Source: Octopus sinensis
Lineage: Eukaryota
Length of the DNA stretch: 64,000 nt
Assembly (NCBI RefSeq): GCF_006345805.1
Contig: NC_043025.1
Coordinates: 5,270,001 to 5,334,000 of the forward strand
Reading direction: 5' to 3'
Shown here: in pieces, positions 1-13,662 of the stretch
How positions within the stretch are numbered: position 1 is the stretch's first letter
How the letters are laid out: the number at the start of each line of letters is the position of its first letter
The notes under the pieces: model-generated
What the model saw: the letters and a program-made list of their open reading frames with translations, nothing else
Databases searched by the model: none
What the model was told of the DNA's origin: nothing
Made by a program: the position numbers and the translations under genes

Positions 1-99
1 AACATTTAGATTTCTTTCTCTGACATTTTCCATAGTTCAACCTACACAAGTTAATGTGTGGAAAACAAAATAGGAATTTTGAAAGAAGATTCTATAAAA

Positions 100-191
100 C
101 TAGTTTTTAAACACTGAATGGCTATGGGGGTCCACCAGAATAAAATAGTTATTAGAGAGGTCCATAGTTAAAAAATGGTTGAGAACCCCTG
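100..191. mobile_element. hAT MITE terminal fragment
   Basis: Ends ...AAAAATGGTTGAGAACCCCTG, the reverse complement of CAGGGGTTCTCAACC. Confidence 0.55.
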
Positions 192-755
192 CTTTAAGGG
201 TTGATAAAATACGTAGCAGTTGAGGACTGGAATTGGTGTAATTGACCGACAAGCCCTCCCCAACAAAATTTCTGGCCTTGTGCCTATAACAGAAAGGATT
301 AGCTGGCAGAATCGTTGGCACACTGGGCAAAATGCTTAAGAGCTTTCCGTCAGTCTTTACGTTCTGAGTTCAAATTCCGCTGAGTCCAACTTTGCCTTTC
401 ACCCCTTCGGGGCCGATAAATTATGAATCAGGCAAGTGCTGGGATTGATGCAATCGACTATCCCCCTCCCCTGGTATTCCAGGCCTTGTGTCTATAGCAG
501 AAAAAGATTATTATTATTGTTGTTCTTGTTGTTATTATTAAGGCGGCAAGCTTGCAGAGTTGTTAGCACGGTGGGCAAAATGCTTAGGGGCATTTCATCT
601 GCTTTAACCCTCGGTGTTCAAATTCTGTCGAGGTCTGCTTTACCTTTCATTCTTTTAAGGGCAATAAAGCAAGTAATAGTTTGAGCACTGGGGGCTCCCC
701 CTGCCTTCTCCAAAAATGCTGGCCTTGTGCCATAATTTGAAAACAATATTATTTT

Positions 756-958
756 TATTTCTTTACTACCCACAAGGGGCTAAACACAGAGGGGACAAAC
801 AAGGACAGACAAACGAATCAAGTCGATTATATTGAACCCCAGTGCGTAACTGGTACTTAATTTATCGACCACGAAAGGATGAAATGCAAAGTCGACCTCG
901 GCGGAATTTGAACTAAGCATTTCGTCCGGCGTGCTAACGTTTCTGCCAGCTTGCCGCC
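756..958 (-). mobile_element. SINE family B (GGCGGCGAGCTGGCAG...GCCTTTCATCCTTTCGGGGTCGATAAATTAAGTACCAG...GTAAAGAAATA)
   Basis: B-box-like GAGTTCAAATTCC; more than 12 copies, including decayed + copies at 299-480 and 541-720. Confidence 0.85.
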
Positions 959-1692
959 TTATACAATATTATTTTGCTTAGAAACAGAGGAGGGTTGGCA
1001 ACAGGAAAGGCATATCTGGCAGCAGGAAAATTCATCTCAAGAAATTCCATCATTTGATCCTTGGAAGTACAGAAAAAGTCGATGATAAAATGGTGACAAT
1101 AGACGGATAAGCCGAGAAATACAGAGAAAGATAGACACTGATATAGATAATCTCTCTCTCTATATATATATATAACTAAAAATAAGGGTGTCTGAGAAGG
1201 GTTCAAACACACACACACACATACATATGTATATATACATATATACGACGGGCTTCTTTCAGTTTCCGTCTACCAAATCCACTTACAAGACATTGGTCGG
1301 CCCGGGACTATAGCAGAAGACACTTGCCTAAATGCCAAGCAGTGGGACTGAACCCGGAACCATGTGGTTGGTTAGCAAGCTACTTACCACACAGCCACTC
1401 CTGCGCCTATGTTTGATTTCGTTATTTTTCTTTGTTTTTTTGCCACATAATGAGTTGCAAATATTGTTGTCTGTGGAGACATATTTTTGTAGTAAAAGAA
1501 ATAGCAGTCCTCTGGCTGCTATTTCTAATACTTTCGGTATGTGGTCTAGCAACTTGTTGCAAAGACCCTCTTTGTTATAATTGGATAAACTTTTACTGAA
1601 TATGGTCCTTTTCCATACCGAAATACTACTAGGTGAAATTTGTTGATTTTATTAAATTAATTATATTTCACCCTTTATCTGTATATATATAT

Positions 1693-1903
1693 CTCTTTTT
1701 TACTCTTTTACTTGTTTCAGTCATTTGACTGCGGCCATGCTGGAGCACCGCCTTTAGTCAAGCAAATCGACCCCGGGACTTATTCTTTGTAAGCCCAGTA
1801 CTTATTCTTTCGGTCTCTTTTGCCGAACCGCTAAGTAACGGGGACGCAAACACACAAGCATCGGTTGTCAAGCAATGCTAGGGGAACAAACACAGACACA
1901 CAA

Positions 1904-1946
<43 letters not shown>

Positions 1947-2107
1947 CAATGGACTTCTTTCAGTTTCCATCTAACAGATCCACTGACAAGGCTTTGGTCA
2001 GCCCGAGGTTATAGTAGAAGACACTTGCCCAAGGTGCCACACAGTGGGACTGAACCTGGGACCATGTGGTTGGTAAGCAAGCTACTTACCACACAGCCAC
2101 TCCTGCA
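1693..2107 (-). mobile_element. SINE family A (tRNA-derived, ~400 bp, internal microsatellite, (AAGAGTA)n tail); probably one of the described octopus SINE families, not assigned
   Basis: Head GGCGCAGGAGTGGCTGTGTGGTAAG...GGTTCAGTCCC; more than 25 full or partial copies in the window. Confidence 0.9.
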
Positions 2108-2640
2108 CGTTGTTAATAAATTTTCTAGTTCTCTGCTTTCAAACAGACGCGAGGTTAAAAAAAAAAAACCCTTACTTGAGAAACAGGTATGGGTTAGCTA
2201 CAGGAAGGGCATCCAGCTGTAATATAATGCTTCAGTGTCTAGCATTCATCCAACCCTTGCTGCCATTGAAAAACAGATGTAAAACAGACATATTTGTATG
2301 TATACGCACATGTGCATGTGTGTGTGTCCTTTATCTTCACTTGTTTCAGTCATTAGACTGCGGCCATGCTGGGGCACCATCTTGCTGAATTTTTAGTTGA
2401 ATGAATCAATACCAGTAGCCACCACCACACCCCCAAAGCCTGGTACTATCTATCAGTCACTTTTACTGAATCGCTAAGTTACAGGGATGGAAACACACCA
2501 ACACCGGTTGCCCGGCAGGGGAGAGGGAACACAGACAGACACACACACACACACGGCAAGTGACTGCTTAAGAAGACATATCAAGCTTAGTGAAATTGTG
2601 GCCATGGCCAGTGCTGGTGACACTGTCTGTCTGTCTGTCA

Positions 2641-2963
2641 GGCGCATGGCCCAGTGGTTAGAGCGTCGAGCATACGATCGTGAGGTTGTGAGCTCAAACC
2701 CCGGACCAGGATGCGTGTTGTATCCTTGAGCAAGTCACTTTGCTCCAGTTCACTCAGCTTTGGAAATGAGTTGCGACGTTACAGGTGCCAAGCTGTATCG
2801 GCCCCTTTGCCTTTCCCTTGGATAACACTGGTGGCGTGGAGAGGGGAGGCCGGTATGCATGGATGACTGCTGGTCTTCCATAAAAAACCTTGCCTGGACT
2901 TGTGCCTGGAAGGGTAACTTCCTTGGTGCAATCCCATGGTTAGTCATGACCGAAGGGCGTCTC
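2641..2963 (+). mobile_element. tRNA-headed SINE family E with a CORE-like middle
   Basis: GGCGCATGGCCCAGTGGTTAGAGCG...GTGTTGTATCCTTGAGCAAGTCACTT. A decayed relative lies at about 51003-51205. Confidence 0.65.
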
Positions 2964-3633
2964 TCAGCAACATACATACATACAAGTGGCTTCTTTCAGT
3001 TTCTCTCTACCAAATCCAATCCCAAGGCTTTGGTTGACTCAAGGCTGTAGCAGGAAGCCCTTGCCTAGGGTACCTAGTAGAAGACACCTGCCCAAGGTGC
3101 CATGCAATGGGACTGAACCCAGAACGATGTAGTTGGAAAGCAAACCTCTCTTAACACACAGCCATGCCTTTCTACATTTTATATATATGTATGTATATAT
3201 ATGGCTGTGTTATGAAGCTTGCTTACCAACCACATGGTTCCAGGTGCAGTCCCACTGCATGGCACCTTGGGCAAGTGTCTTCTACTATAGCCACGGGCCG
3301 ACCAATGCCTTGTGAGTGGATTTGGTAGACGGAAACTGCATGTATTTCTGTGTCTGTCTTTATCCTGACCACCATCGCTTGACAACTGATGTTGGTGTGT
3401 TTACATCCCCGTAACTTAGCGGTTCAGCAAAAGAAACCGATAGAATAAGTACTAGGCTTGCTTACAAAGAATAAGTCCTGGGGTCGATCTGTTTGACTAA
3501 AGGCAGTGCTCCAGCATGGCCGCAGTCAAATGACTGAAACAAGTAGAAGAACACACACATACATGTATACACATACAGACTCACACAGATGAGTATAAGT
3601 TAAATTAGTTAATGGTGTTTTTATATACAAATA

Positions 3634-3972
3634 GGCGCAGGAGTGGCTGTGTGGTAAGTAGTTTGCTAACAAACCACATGGTTCCGGGTTCAGTCCCACT
3701 GCATGGCATCCTGGGCAAGTGTCTTCTGCTATAGCCCCGGGCCGACCAATGCTTTGTGAGTGAATTTGGTAGACGGAAACTGAAAGAAGCCTGTCGTATA
3801 TATGTATATATATATATATGTATGCGTGTGTGTGTCCGTGTTTGTCCCCCTAGCATTGCTTGACAACCGATGCTGGTGTGTGAATAAGTCCCGGGGTCGA
3901 TTTGCTCGACTAAAGGCGGTGCTCCAGCATGGCCGCAGTCAAATGACTGAAACAAGTAAAAGAGTAAAAGAG
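3634..3972 (+). mobile_element. SINE family A
   Basis: Near full-length match to other copies. Confidence 0.9.
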
Positions 3973-4198
3973 TAAATACAGCACATTAACAGGATAAAAG
4001 CCCCAAAAGAATGGAACAGCCAAATATTTTAAATAATTATATTGATGGTGTAGGAAACCAAGCTGGCAGAATCTTTAGCACACAGGCAAAAGATGCTTAG
4101 CCACACTTCATCTATCTTAATGTTCTGAGTTCAAATGTTGTTGAGATTCACTTTACCTTCTTCCATCCTTTGGGGGTTGACATAATATGACTGAACCT

Positions 4199-4724
4199 GG
4201 ATCTTTTCGGTTTGAACGGCAGTTTTTTCCTATGAAATTGTCACCCATAATTATGACCCTAGTATTGATCTATTGCATTTCAATCTGTTTTAGGGTTAGG
4301 GGATCTTTTCGGTTTGAACGGCAGTTTTTTCTAGCGGGTGTCATGTGAAATTGTCACCCATAATTATGACCCTAGTAGCGATCTATTGCATTTCAATCTG
4401 GGTTAGGGTTAGGGATGGGGGGAGGGTATCTTTTTTTCTTCAGAAATGTAAATAAACCCAATCTGTTTCTTAAACGAGGGACATATTCATATGGCACAGA
4501 ATGTTTGGGTTTTTTTTAGCTCAATAGACGTCATTGATTGGTTGAAATTGCAGAAATTGAAGAAAAAAACACAACAAATATTTTACAAACTATAAAATTT
4601 TTCTCAATAAAGCCAAGAGAAAAATATGTTTTGTAAACACATTCTACCAGTATACGAAGTTTAAAAGTGTTTAGTTACGTGGAAATTATTTTTAAAAAAA
4701 CTGCCGGTCAAACCGAAAAGATTC
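4199..4724. mobile_element. MITE with ~29-bp TIRs, a duplicated left end and TTAGGG repeats
   Basis: GGATCTTTTCGGTTTGAACGGCAGTTTTTT at 4199 and 4301; inverted copy ends at 4724. Flanks are CTGAACCT / CTGAACCC. Confidence 0.8.
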
Positions 4725-5254
4725 CTGAACCCCTTTCCTGAAGTTACTGGCTTTGTGGTAAAATTTAGAACCAATAACTATGTTGGCAGTGACTTCGAAG
4801 TTCTATTGGTTGTCGGCCTCAGACGTTTGACAAAGGCACATCAATCAACAACATCAGGCTCGCAGATAAAAAAAAAAACTTTGAAATCACTGTTGGTTAA
4901 CTAAAAAGTTTATAAAAGACTGATAAGGTGTAACTAGTTAGTTACAGAGTCTATGAGAGAGAGGGGGGTGATATATACCGAGAGAAATCTATCTGTGACT
5001 GTCTGAGAGAAACACACAAATTGTATTCCAATAAATTCTAATAATAACCATTCTGTGAGTGTGAATCAGAGAATTGTGGAAGAGAATGACAGAACAACAG
5101 AATATTAAACTGCAGCAGTAGGAAAGATCCTGTTCTCTGTATCTTGAGGCACAAAACCCGAAGTATTATTGCATGCTTTCGTTTTCTGTGTTTTGAACCA
5201 GGGTAGCCCTGATTAATTAGGTATATGATAAAAGGTGATCCAGTCGTAACCGTC

Positions 5255-5850
5255 CCTATTTCTTTACTACTCACAAGGGGCTAAACACAGAGGGGACAAA
5301 CAAGGACAGACAAACGGATTAAGTCGATTATATCGACCCTAGTGCGTAACTGGTACTTAATTTATCGACCCCGAAGGGATGAAAGGCAAAGTGGACCTCG
5401 GCGGAATTTGAACTCAGAACGTAACGGCAGACGAAATACCTATTTCTTTACTACCCACAAGGGGCTACACGCAGAGGGGACAAACAAGGACAGACAAACG
5501 GATTAAGTCGATTATATCGACCCTAGTGCGTAACAGGTACTTAATTTATCGACCCCGAAGGGATGAAAGGCAAAGTGGACCTCGGCGGAATTTGAACTCA
5601 GAACGTAACGGCAGACGAAATACCTATTTCTTTACTACCCACAAGGGGCTAAACACAGAGGGGACAAACAAGGACAGACATAGGTATTAAGTCGATTATA
5701 TCGACCCTAGTGCGTAACTGGTACTTAATTTATCGACCTCGAAAGGATGAAAGGCAAAGTCGACCCCGGCGGAATTTGAACTCAGAACGTAGCGGTAGAC
5801 GAAATACCGCTGAGCATTTCGCCCGGCGCGCTAACGTTTCTGCCAGCTCG
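5255..5850 (-). mobile_element. SINE family B trimer
   Basis: One headed copy plus two ~184-bp headless repeats. Confidence 0.9.
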
Positions 5851-6332
5851 TAACCATCCCATATAATGTACAGACTCCATTTTGCTATGTGAGTCTGATT
5901 TCTAGGAAGTTTGGCTGCGATTTCTAGCAGGTCGAGTGACTCTGTAGACGAGGCCATGTGGAGTACTTGTCTCTCATATTTACATTCACATATGACACAC
6001 ACACGCACACACATACATACACAGATAGATGGATATATATACACACATATATAAATAAATAAATACACGTATCATTCCATTGTCCCTCCTTCTTTCAAGA
6101 GTATAAAGATGATGTTTGAACATTTGGCAACTATTTCTACCAGGTCGACCATGCACTGAACTCCTATTGCTGACTTGCATATGCATTTACATGTGTGTAC
6201 ACACACACACACACATATATATATGGGCGTGCATACATACATGCGAAAATGTATACGTTTGTATACACACACTAATGATGCAGTTTGTATATCTGCATAT
6301 AGATAAAAGGTACCTCCATCACTTCTGATATA

Positions 6333-6367
<35 letters not shown>

Positions 6368-6875
6368 TTAAATCCTTAAAAATGTTTTAGCCCGAAGGCC
6401 GTGGCCATGCTGGGGCATGTGTGCGTGTGTGTGAATGTATATATGTATGTATGTATGTACGGGGATAGTGAGAATCGAACCAGCATCACGGAACAGCAGT
6501 GATCCTCCTCCTTATTCTATCGATCTGTTCTTTCCCCTTGTTGGAGATATTACGGTCATTTTATCGAAGATAGTTCCACTGTTGCTGACATTTTGATATG
6601 GTGATACAACATACAAGATGTATACACACACACGCATTATATATATATATATATATACATGCATATACACATACATACACATACACATATATATACATAA
6701 ATACATATATGCATATATACATACACATATACATACATACACACATATTCATATATATATATATACATACATAAACATATATGTATATACATACATATAA
6801 ATATATACATACACACACATACAAACATATGTATAAATATATATATACACGCATCACATGCACATATATACACAT

Positions 6876-6910
<35 letters not shown>

Positions 6911-6960
6911 CACACGCATACACATGCACATATATACACATACACACACATATATACACT

Positions 6961-6998
<38 letters not shown>

Positions 6999-7057
6999 GT
7001 CAAGTTAACAAGCGAGACACATTAAACTATATGGATTTAGACTGTGTGTATATAAAT

Positions 7058-7096
<39 letters not shown>

Positions 7097-7814
7097 TGAC
7101 ACACACATACACACTTTTTTTTTTGTTGTTGCTAAAGATTTAAGGAAAGCAGGCCACCGTTATAAAGTTATTTCCAAAGCTAAGAGCACCGAAGCAATTA
7201 TGTGGAGGAGAAGTAAAAGGAGAGGGAGAAAGAGAGAGAAGAGAGCAACGAAGCAGTGGCGACGGGGGGGGGGAGCGGAGGCGGCGGGTGTAACGAAGAG
7301 AGAGAACGAGAGAGAGAGCGGGGTGGGTAGAAGACGGAGTAAGAGAGTTTGACACCAGAGTGATGAAATGTCCCTCCCCTTCCTTCCTCCTCCTCATCCT
7401 CCTCCCGCTTCACCTCTCAAACTCAATTAACAATAAAAGCGAACCTCCACCTACTTTTTAGAAGTTTTTAATTCCAGTGAAGAAAAAAAGTTTCACCGAA
7501 GGAAGTGTGGTGGGCGGATGAGGGAAGGAGGGTGAGTTTTAATCTGTGAGTCTGTGTATGTATGTAAGTATGTGTGTGTGTGTGTGTGTGAAGTTGTCAG
7601 TGTTTGTGCGTGTGCATGTATAAACAATACTAACACACATTAAAAGCGATCTTGGTACTAACAAAGGAAATGCAGTTATAAGTTTTCAAAACTTTTACAC
7701 ATACACATCTATACATGCACACACAAACACACACACACACATAGCTATCTATAAATTGCTATACACTGATTTAAAAACATGTATGTATAACGCTATGAGC
7801 ATATATAAGTTATA

Positions 7815-7854
<40 letters not shown>

Positions 7855-7953
7855 TACGCGTGCGTGTTGATTGTAAAGAAGATACGTTATAAATCGAAGC
7901 GTATATAATATAATAAAGAACGTAGTTATAGTGATTATATATGTATGTATATA

Positions 7954-8004
<51 letters not shown>

Positions 8005-8160
8005 CAGACAGACAGATAGATTGTATATATAGAGAGAGAGACAGACAGATTGTGTATGTATGTATATATCTATCTATAAATGTGTGTGTATACGGATAGT
8101 ATAGTAGATGCTTTCAATCGGTGTATATAATGATGAAGAACAAGGCAGTATCTGTGTGTG

Positions 8161-8241
<81 letters not shown>

Positions 8242-8893
8242 TCGAATTGTTGAAATGTGCTGCTTCGAATAGCGAACGGTGATTCTTTTCAGAGGAAGTT
8301 TGAGGGAGAAACCACAAGGCGACGAAAAACTTTTACAGAGGAAGGAAGATGGGGAGAGAGAGAGAGAGAGAGAGGAATAGAGAAAGAGATGGAAGCAACA
8401 GAGGATGGGTGTGTGTGTGTGTGTGTAAACTGGGCTATATTACTGGTACTGGGTCCGGCTGATCGATTTGGTGAGAATGATGGATAAAGAAAAATACATC
8501 AATGGCGTGGCTGTTGAGGAAAAAAACGGAAGAATTCACGAAAGTTTACTATAGTGAAAACGGATGAGACAGAGGAAAAGACCAGAGCGGATGAACGTTA
8601 CTATCGTCAGAGTTAATTCATATGGAAGAGAGAGAGAGAGAGATGGGAGGAGGGGGATGTTGGTGAAGGGGAGGATGTATGAATGAACGAGAGAGGAATA
8701 GAGTAGCAGAGAGAGAGAGAGAGATACATACACAGAAAGTTATATGGTGTAGTGCGTGTGTGAAGTTGTGTGGTGGTCTTCATACGTTGCCATTACAACG
8801 GTAGCGAGAATGGCAGTGATGTAGAAGCTATACGGTGATAAGTTGTGTGGTGGTGTTCATGGATTGCCGACAGAACGGTAGTGAGAACGACAC

Positions 8894-8933
<40 letters not shown>

Positions 8934-9659
8934 TAATATGTGTGAAGTTGTGTGATGGCCTTCATCCATCGCCGACACAAACGTAGAATGACAGATATGA
9001 TGATATGTATATAAAGTTATAAAGCGTTTGCGTGTGCTGTTGTGTAGTGGCTTTCATGCATTGCCGATACATCAACAGATATTATATATATATATATATA
9101 TATATATACAGGCGTAAAAGTTCAGAAAACTTTTTCGAAAGAACGAGGGAAGAAAGTAATAATAATAATAAAGATGATTCGGAGGTGATGCTGAGATATC
9201 CATGCTGCTTATCAATCAACGTCATTATCGATCAAAGTTCGAAGACGGATCGATCGAATATATTCATAACAAAAATAAGCAATAATCATAACGGTCAGAA
9301 TAATAATAATAATAATGATTGTACTTACTTTTATAAGTTTGTGAAAAGTAAAAATATAAATAAATCTCTCTAATATATATATATGTATAGATATATATAT
9401 ATATATGGATGCCCAATAAGGTATATATACACACAAAATATATATATTATATATATCAATATATATCAATATATATATCTATATATATATATACAAGCCC
9501 GAGTGTAGAAAAAAGTCGATCGTTTGATTATATTAATTTGATGGTCGTTTGTGAATATAAAAAAGTTTTGTAGATTTGTTTGTTTGTTGTTCGGGGAAAG
9601 GAAGAACATAAGAAATGTTTTGAGGTATAGAATATTATAGAATATAATATCGTAAGACA

Positions 9660-9973
9660 AAGTGATTGAGGGCGGAGAGAATGAGAGAGAGAAAGAAAGA
9701 GTGTATGTGTAAAGGAGAGAGAGAGGGAGGGAAGCAGTCGATGAGAGGGGGAAGAGAGAGAGGAGATAATGTGCGGTGTGTGGTGTCTGTGTGTGTGCGT
9801 GTGTCGATGAGAGAGGCACAGATAATATAGAAGAGTGATTTTTGTGTCGATGAGGGAAAGAGGGAGGAACTGATAGATAGGTTGTTGTTGTGTAGGGTGG
9901 TAGGGCGAGTGAGTCGATGAGGGAGAGAGGCAGAAGAAGTAGAGGAGGGGGTGAGGAACTGATTAGATAGATG

Positions 9974-10004
<31 letters not shown>

Positions 10005-11214
10005 GGGTGGTGAGATAGTGGGTCGATGACAGAGAGGGGAGACTGACAGAGAAAGAGAGAAAGGGGGAAATGATAGCTGATAGATAGATAGGTAGGTAGT
10101 TAGGTAGGGAGAGCAGATGAGACAGAGAGAGAGAGAGAGAGAGAGAAAGAAAGGGAGGAACTGATAGATAGAGAGATGGATGGATAAACAGATAGGTAAG
10201 GGGGAAGGATGAGGCGATGACAGAAGGTATAGATAGATAGATAGAGAGAGAGATAGACAGAGACTGATAGATAGATAGATAGATAGATAGAGAGGGGGAA
10301 GTGAGAGTGACAGGGAATTGATAGATCTAGAGAGAGTGTGAGGGAGGAGGAACCGATAGACTGTGTGTGGGGGGGAGGAATTGATAGATAGGTAGGTTGG
10401 TAGGTAGGTAGGTGGGACAGCTGGGCGAGTCGATGAGAGAGAGAAAGGGGGGGAGAAGTGATAGATAGATAGATAGACAGACAGGAAGACGGAGTGATTT
10501 TGTAGTCGATGAAAGAGGAGGAGGAGGTACATAGAAATATATAGATATTATAGAGTGAGTCGATTGCCGATGAGGGGGAACAGAGAGATGATGATAGATG
10601 ATTATAAAGTGGAAGAAGGCGCGATACACACACACACGTATAAATATATGTACATATATATATGAAGACGGTAGTGGTGGGAGACATTACGAAGTATTTA
10701 TTGAAATTTAACAAAGAATCGGTGCCAGTTGATGCTTTATTTGTGCTGTTATTGTTGTTCTTATTTGATAAATTTGTCGATAAGTCATGGATGATGGTGG
10801 CGATGAGAGAGAGAGAGAGAGAGGGGGGAAGGGAGAGAAAGGAAGATGTATTTGAAAGAGAGGGGCTGCAGGAGAGAGAGAGAGATAGAGGAAGCAAAGG
10901 ATGAAAGAGAGAGAGAGAGAGAGGGAAGTAACGGTCGTGCTGGTTGTGTTAATGCGAAAGGAGAAGAAGGGAGAGAAGGAAGGGGAGGCGACGGTGAGAC
11001 GAGTAAAGAAAAAAGGGAAGGGGGAGAAGGAGAGAGGTTGAGTGAAGTGATGTGGAGAAAGAGGAGGAGGAGGGAGAAGCAGAGATGTTTAAAGCCCGCC
11101 GCCGCCGCCATCGCCTTTCTTCGAAAGTGTTGCTGACAGAGAAGAGGAGGGTGTAATGGATGAGCGAGAGGGGTAGGGAGAGTAGATAGATGAAGAGCAG
11201 AGAAAAGAGGCAGA

Positions 11215-11249
<35 letters not shown>

Positions 11250-11400
11250 TAGAGAGACAGAGACGGAGGGAGGGAGGATGAAGATGGGTGTGAGAGTGAG
11301 AGTGGGAGAAAGAAAGAGAGAGAAAGAAAGGAAGGGAGGGAGGGGGATATGGTAAGAAGGGGAGGAGGAAGTTGTGAAAGCACATGTAGGTTATAAAACG
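9660..11400. repeat. Purine-rich mosaic of (GA)n/(TAGA)n with recurring GTCGATGA anchors
   Basis: Strong + strand purine bias; the anchors recur about 8-10 times between 9737 and 10805. Confidence 0.75.
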
Positions 11401-11934
11401 ACTCCATGCAAAGTTGGTGTCTATCGGAAGGAGTTGTTTGCTAGTTTGTTGAGGAGAGATGAAGGCGTGAACATACGCATACACACAGCAGACGAATACA
11501 TACAAACGCACACACACACATGTATATATATATATATAATATATATGTTCATACATGTATATTACAAGCGCAAAAGTTTGCTGGTATAGGAAAAGATGAG
11601 AGAGAGAAAGCATCGGTGACGGCGCGCTCTTGACACAACGTCTGATTTGAGAATCGAATTAAGATGGGCTGATGGACGGATGGATGGATGGATAAGTTTG
11701 GTGTTAAAAGATATAATACTTGGATCGCGAGTATAAAAAAAAGAAAAAAGAAAAAGAAAACAGCCACAGCAACATCAATAACAACAACAAAAAGCTCGTT
11801 TAAAACTATTAACTAGACAAATAGGCGGGGGATAAAGACACGAGATGTATATTTTATTAATATTTAACAGATGCAACGGAGTGACTCAAAGGCCGACAGC
11901 TTCAAGCATTAGCAATTATCAAAAATCACCAAAC

Positions 11935-12520
11935 TTATACACACACACACACATATATACATACATACATACATCATACATACATACATACACACACACA
12001 TACATACATACATGCATACACACACACATACATACATGCATAGACACTCTACATACATACACACATACATCATACATACATACATACATCATACATACAT
12101 ACATACATACACACATACATCATACATCCATACATACATACATAGATACATCCATACATACATACATCCATACATATATATACACATACATACACACATA
12201 CATATATATACAAATACATCATACATACATACACACATACATCATACATACATACATATATATACACACATACATACATCATACATATATACATATATAT
12301 ACACATACATACATACACACATACATATATATACAAATACATCATACATACACGCATACATATATACACACATACATACATACACACATATATATACACA
12401 TACATACATCCAGACAGACAGACACATACACACACATACATACATAAAGACAGGCAGACACACGCATATACCATATATATGCACACACACATACATACAT
12501 ACATATATATGCACACATAC
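11935..12520. repeat. (CATA/TA/CA)n compound microsatellite
   Basis: Seen directly. Similar tracts occur at 6615-7000 and 15465-16025. Confidence 0.95.
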
Positions 12521-12910
12521 AGGGGGAAATTAGTGATAGGCAAACTTTAATTAAATACTTGGAAAGTGAAAACACTTTAATACGAAGAAATAGCAGCAAG
12601 TTTGTTTTTGCTTTTTTCCCCCTCGTTTTATTAATTCATAAACAAAAAAAACAATCCATAAATTAATGAAGTCCTCTCCTATAAATATCTAAAGAAATTT
12701 ATGCATTATTCTTGCGACAGGATTGCCTTGAGTTCGAATCAAACCACGTTGGAATTTTGAATTTTTGCGTTTTAGGGACCGATAAAAGTTGTACTATTTA
12801 ATACATCATAATGATACCTACGTGTATAACTATATTCCTTGGCCATACATAACTGTATTTCCTTTGCCAACATATGTAGGTGGATCTTTAGAGAAGAGAT
12901 CGTACCAATT

Positions 12911-13315
12911 CTCTCTCTCTTTTACTTGTTTCAGTCATTTGACTGCGGCCATGCTGGAGCACCGCCTTTTAGTTGAGCAAATCGACCCCAGGACTTATTC
13001 TTTTGTAAGCCCAGTACTTATTCTATCGGTCTCTTTTGCCGAACCGCTAAGTTGACGGGGACATAAAACACCCAGCATCGGTTGTCAAGCAATGCTAGGG
13101 AGACAAACACACTCACACAAACACACACACGCATAATATTATATATACATATATACGACGGGCTTCTTCAGTTTTCCGTCTACCAAATCCACTCAAGGCT
13201 TTGGTCGGCCGAGGCTATAGTAGAAGACACTTGCCCAAGGTACCACGCAGTGGGACTGAACCCGGAACCATGTGGTTGGTAAGCAAGCTACTTACCACAC
13301 AGCCACTCCTGCGCC
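12911..13315 (-). mobile_element. SINE family A
   Basis: Full-length copy. Confidence 0.9.
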
Positions 13316-13662
13316 TATACTACAATTATCGATTTTAAAATCATCTTTTACTGGATGTAGGTGGATCTTTAGAGAAGAGATCGTACCAATTATCGATTTT
13401 AAAATCATCTTTTACTGGGGATCGATAAAATAAAAAGTACCAATCGACTTCGATAGCCTTGAATCTGTATTAACCAATCAGTCCATTGTCATCACGGTGA
13501 CAAATATCGCAAGTTCCAACAGCACTGGGGTTGACTTTGCTTGTGTGGTCTTACCGGATCGGGTAATGTAATGTGGACAGCGTACCCGCGGTGGATTTTA
13601 AATCGACAAGGCAAGGCCCACGGACAAAATCGATAAGGGCGACGGATGACAATAATTTACGG

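Noticed and set aside
975-1060. Minus-strand DQMMEFLEMNFPAARY after a pyrimidine tract, as possible exon 3
   Set aside because: The acceptor would be AAG, there is no similarity to CUX exon 3, and there is no clear donor.
1875-2222. Recurring ORFs such as RRASFSFRLPNPLTRLWSARGYSRRHLPKVP as a gene family
   Set aside because: They are antisense or sense translations of SINE family A.
4289-4413. TTAGGG repeats as an interstitial telomere
   Set aside because: There are only 2-3 units, and they are internal to a MITE.
4771-4918. CCAAT, ATTGG and TATAAAA as a core promoter
   Set aside because: Short motifs in AT-rich DNA with no downstream gene evidence.
9963-11613. Several 100-265-aa Leu/Ser-rich ORFs
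   Set aside because: They are (TC)n/(TCTA)n artefacts.
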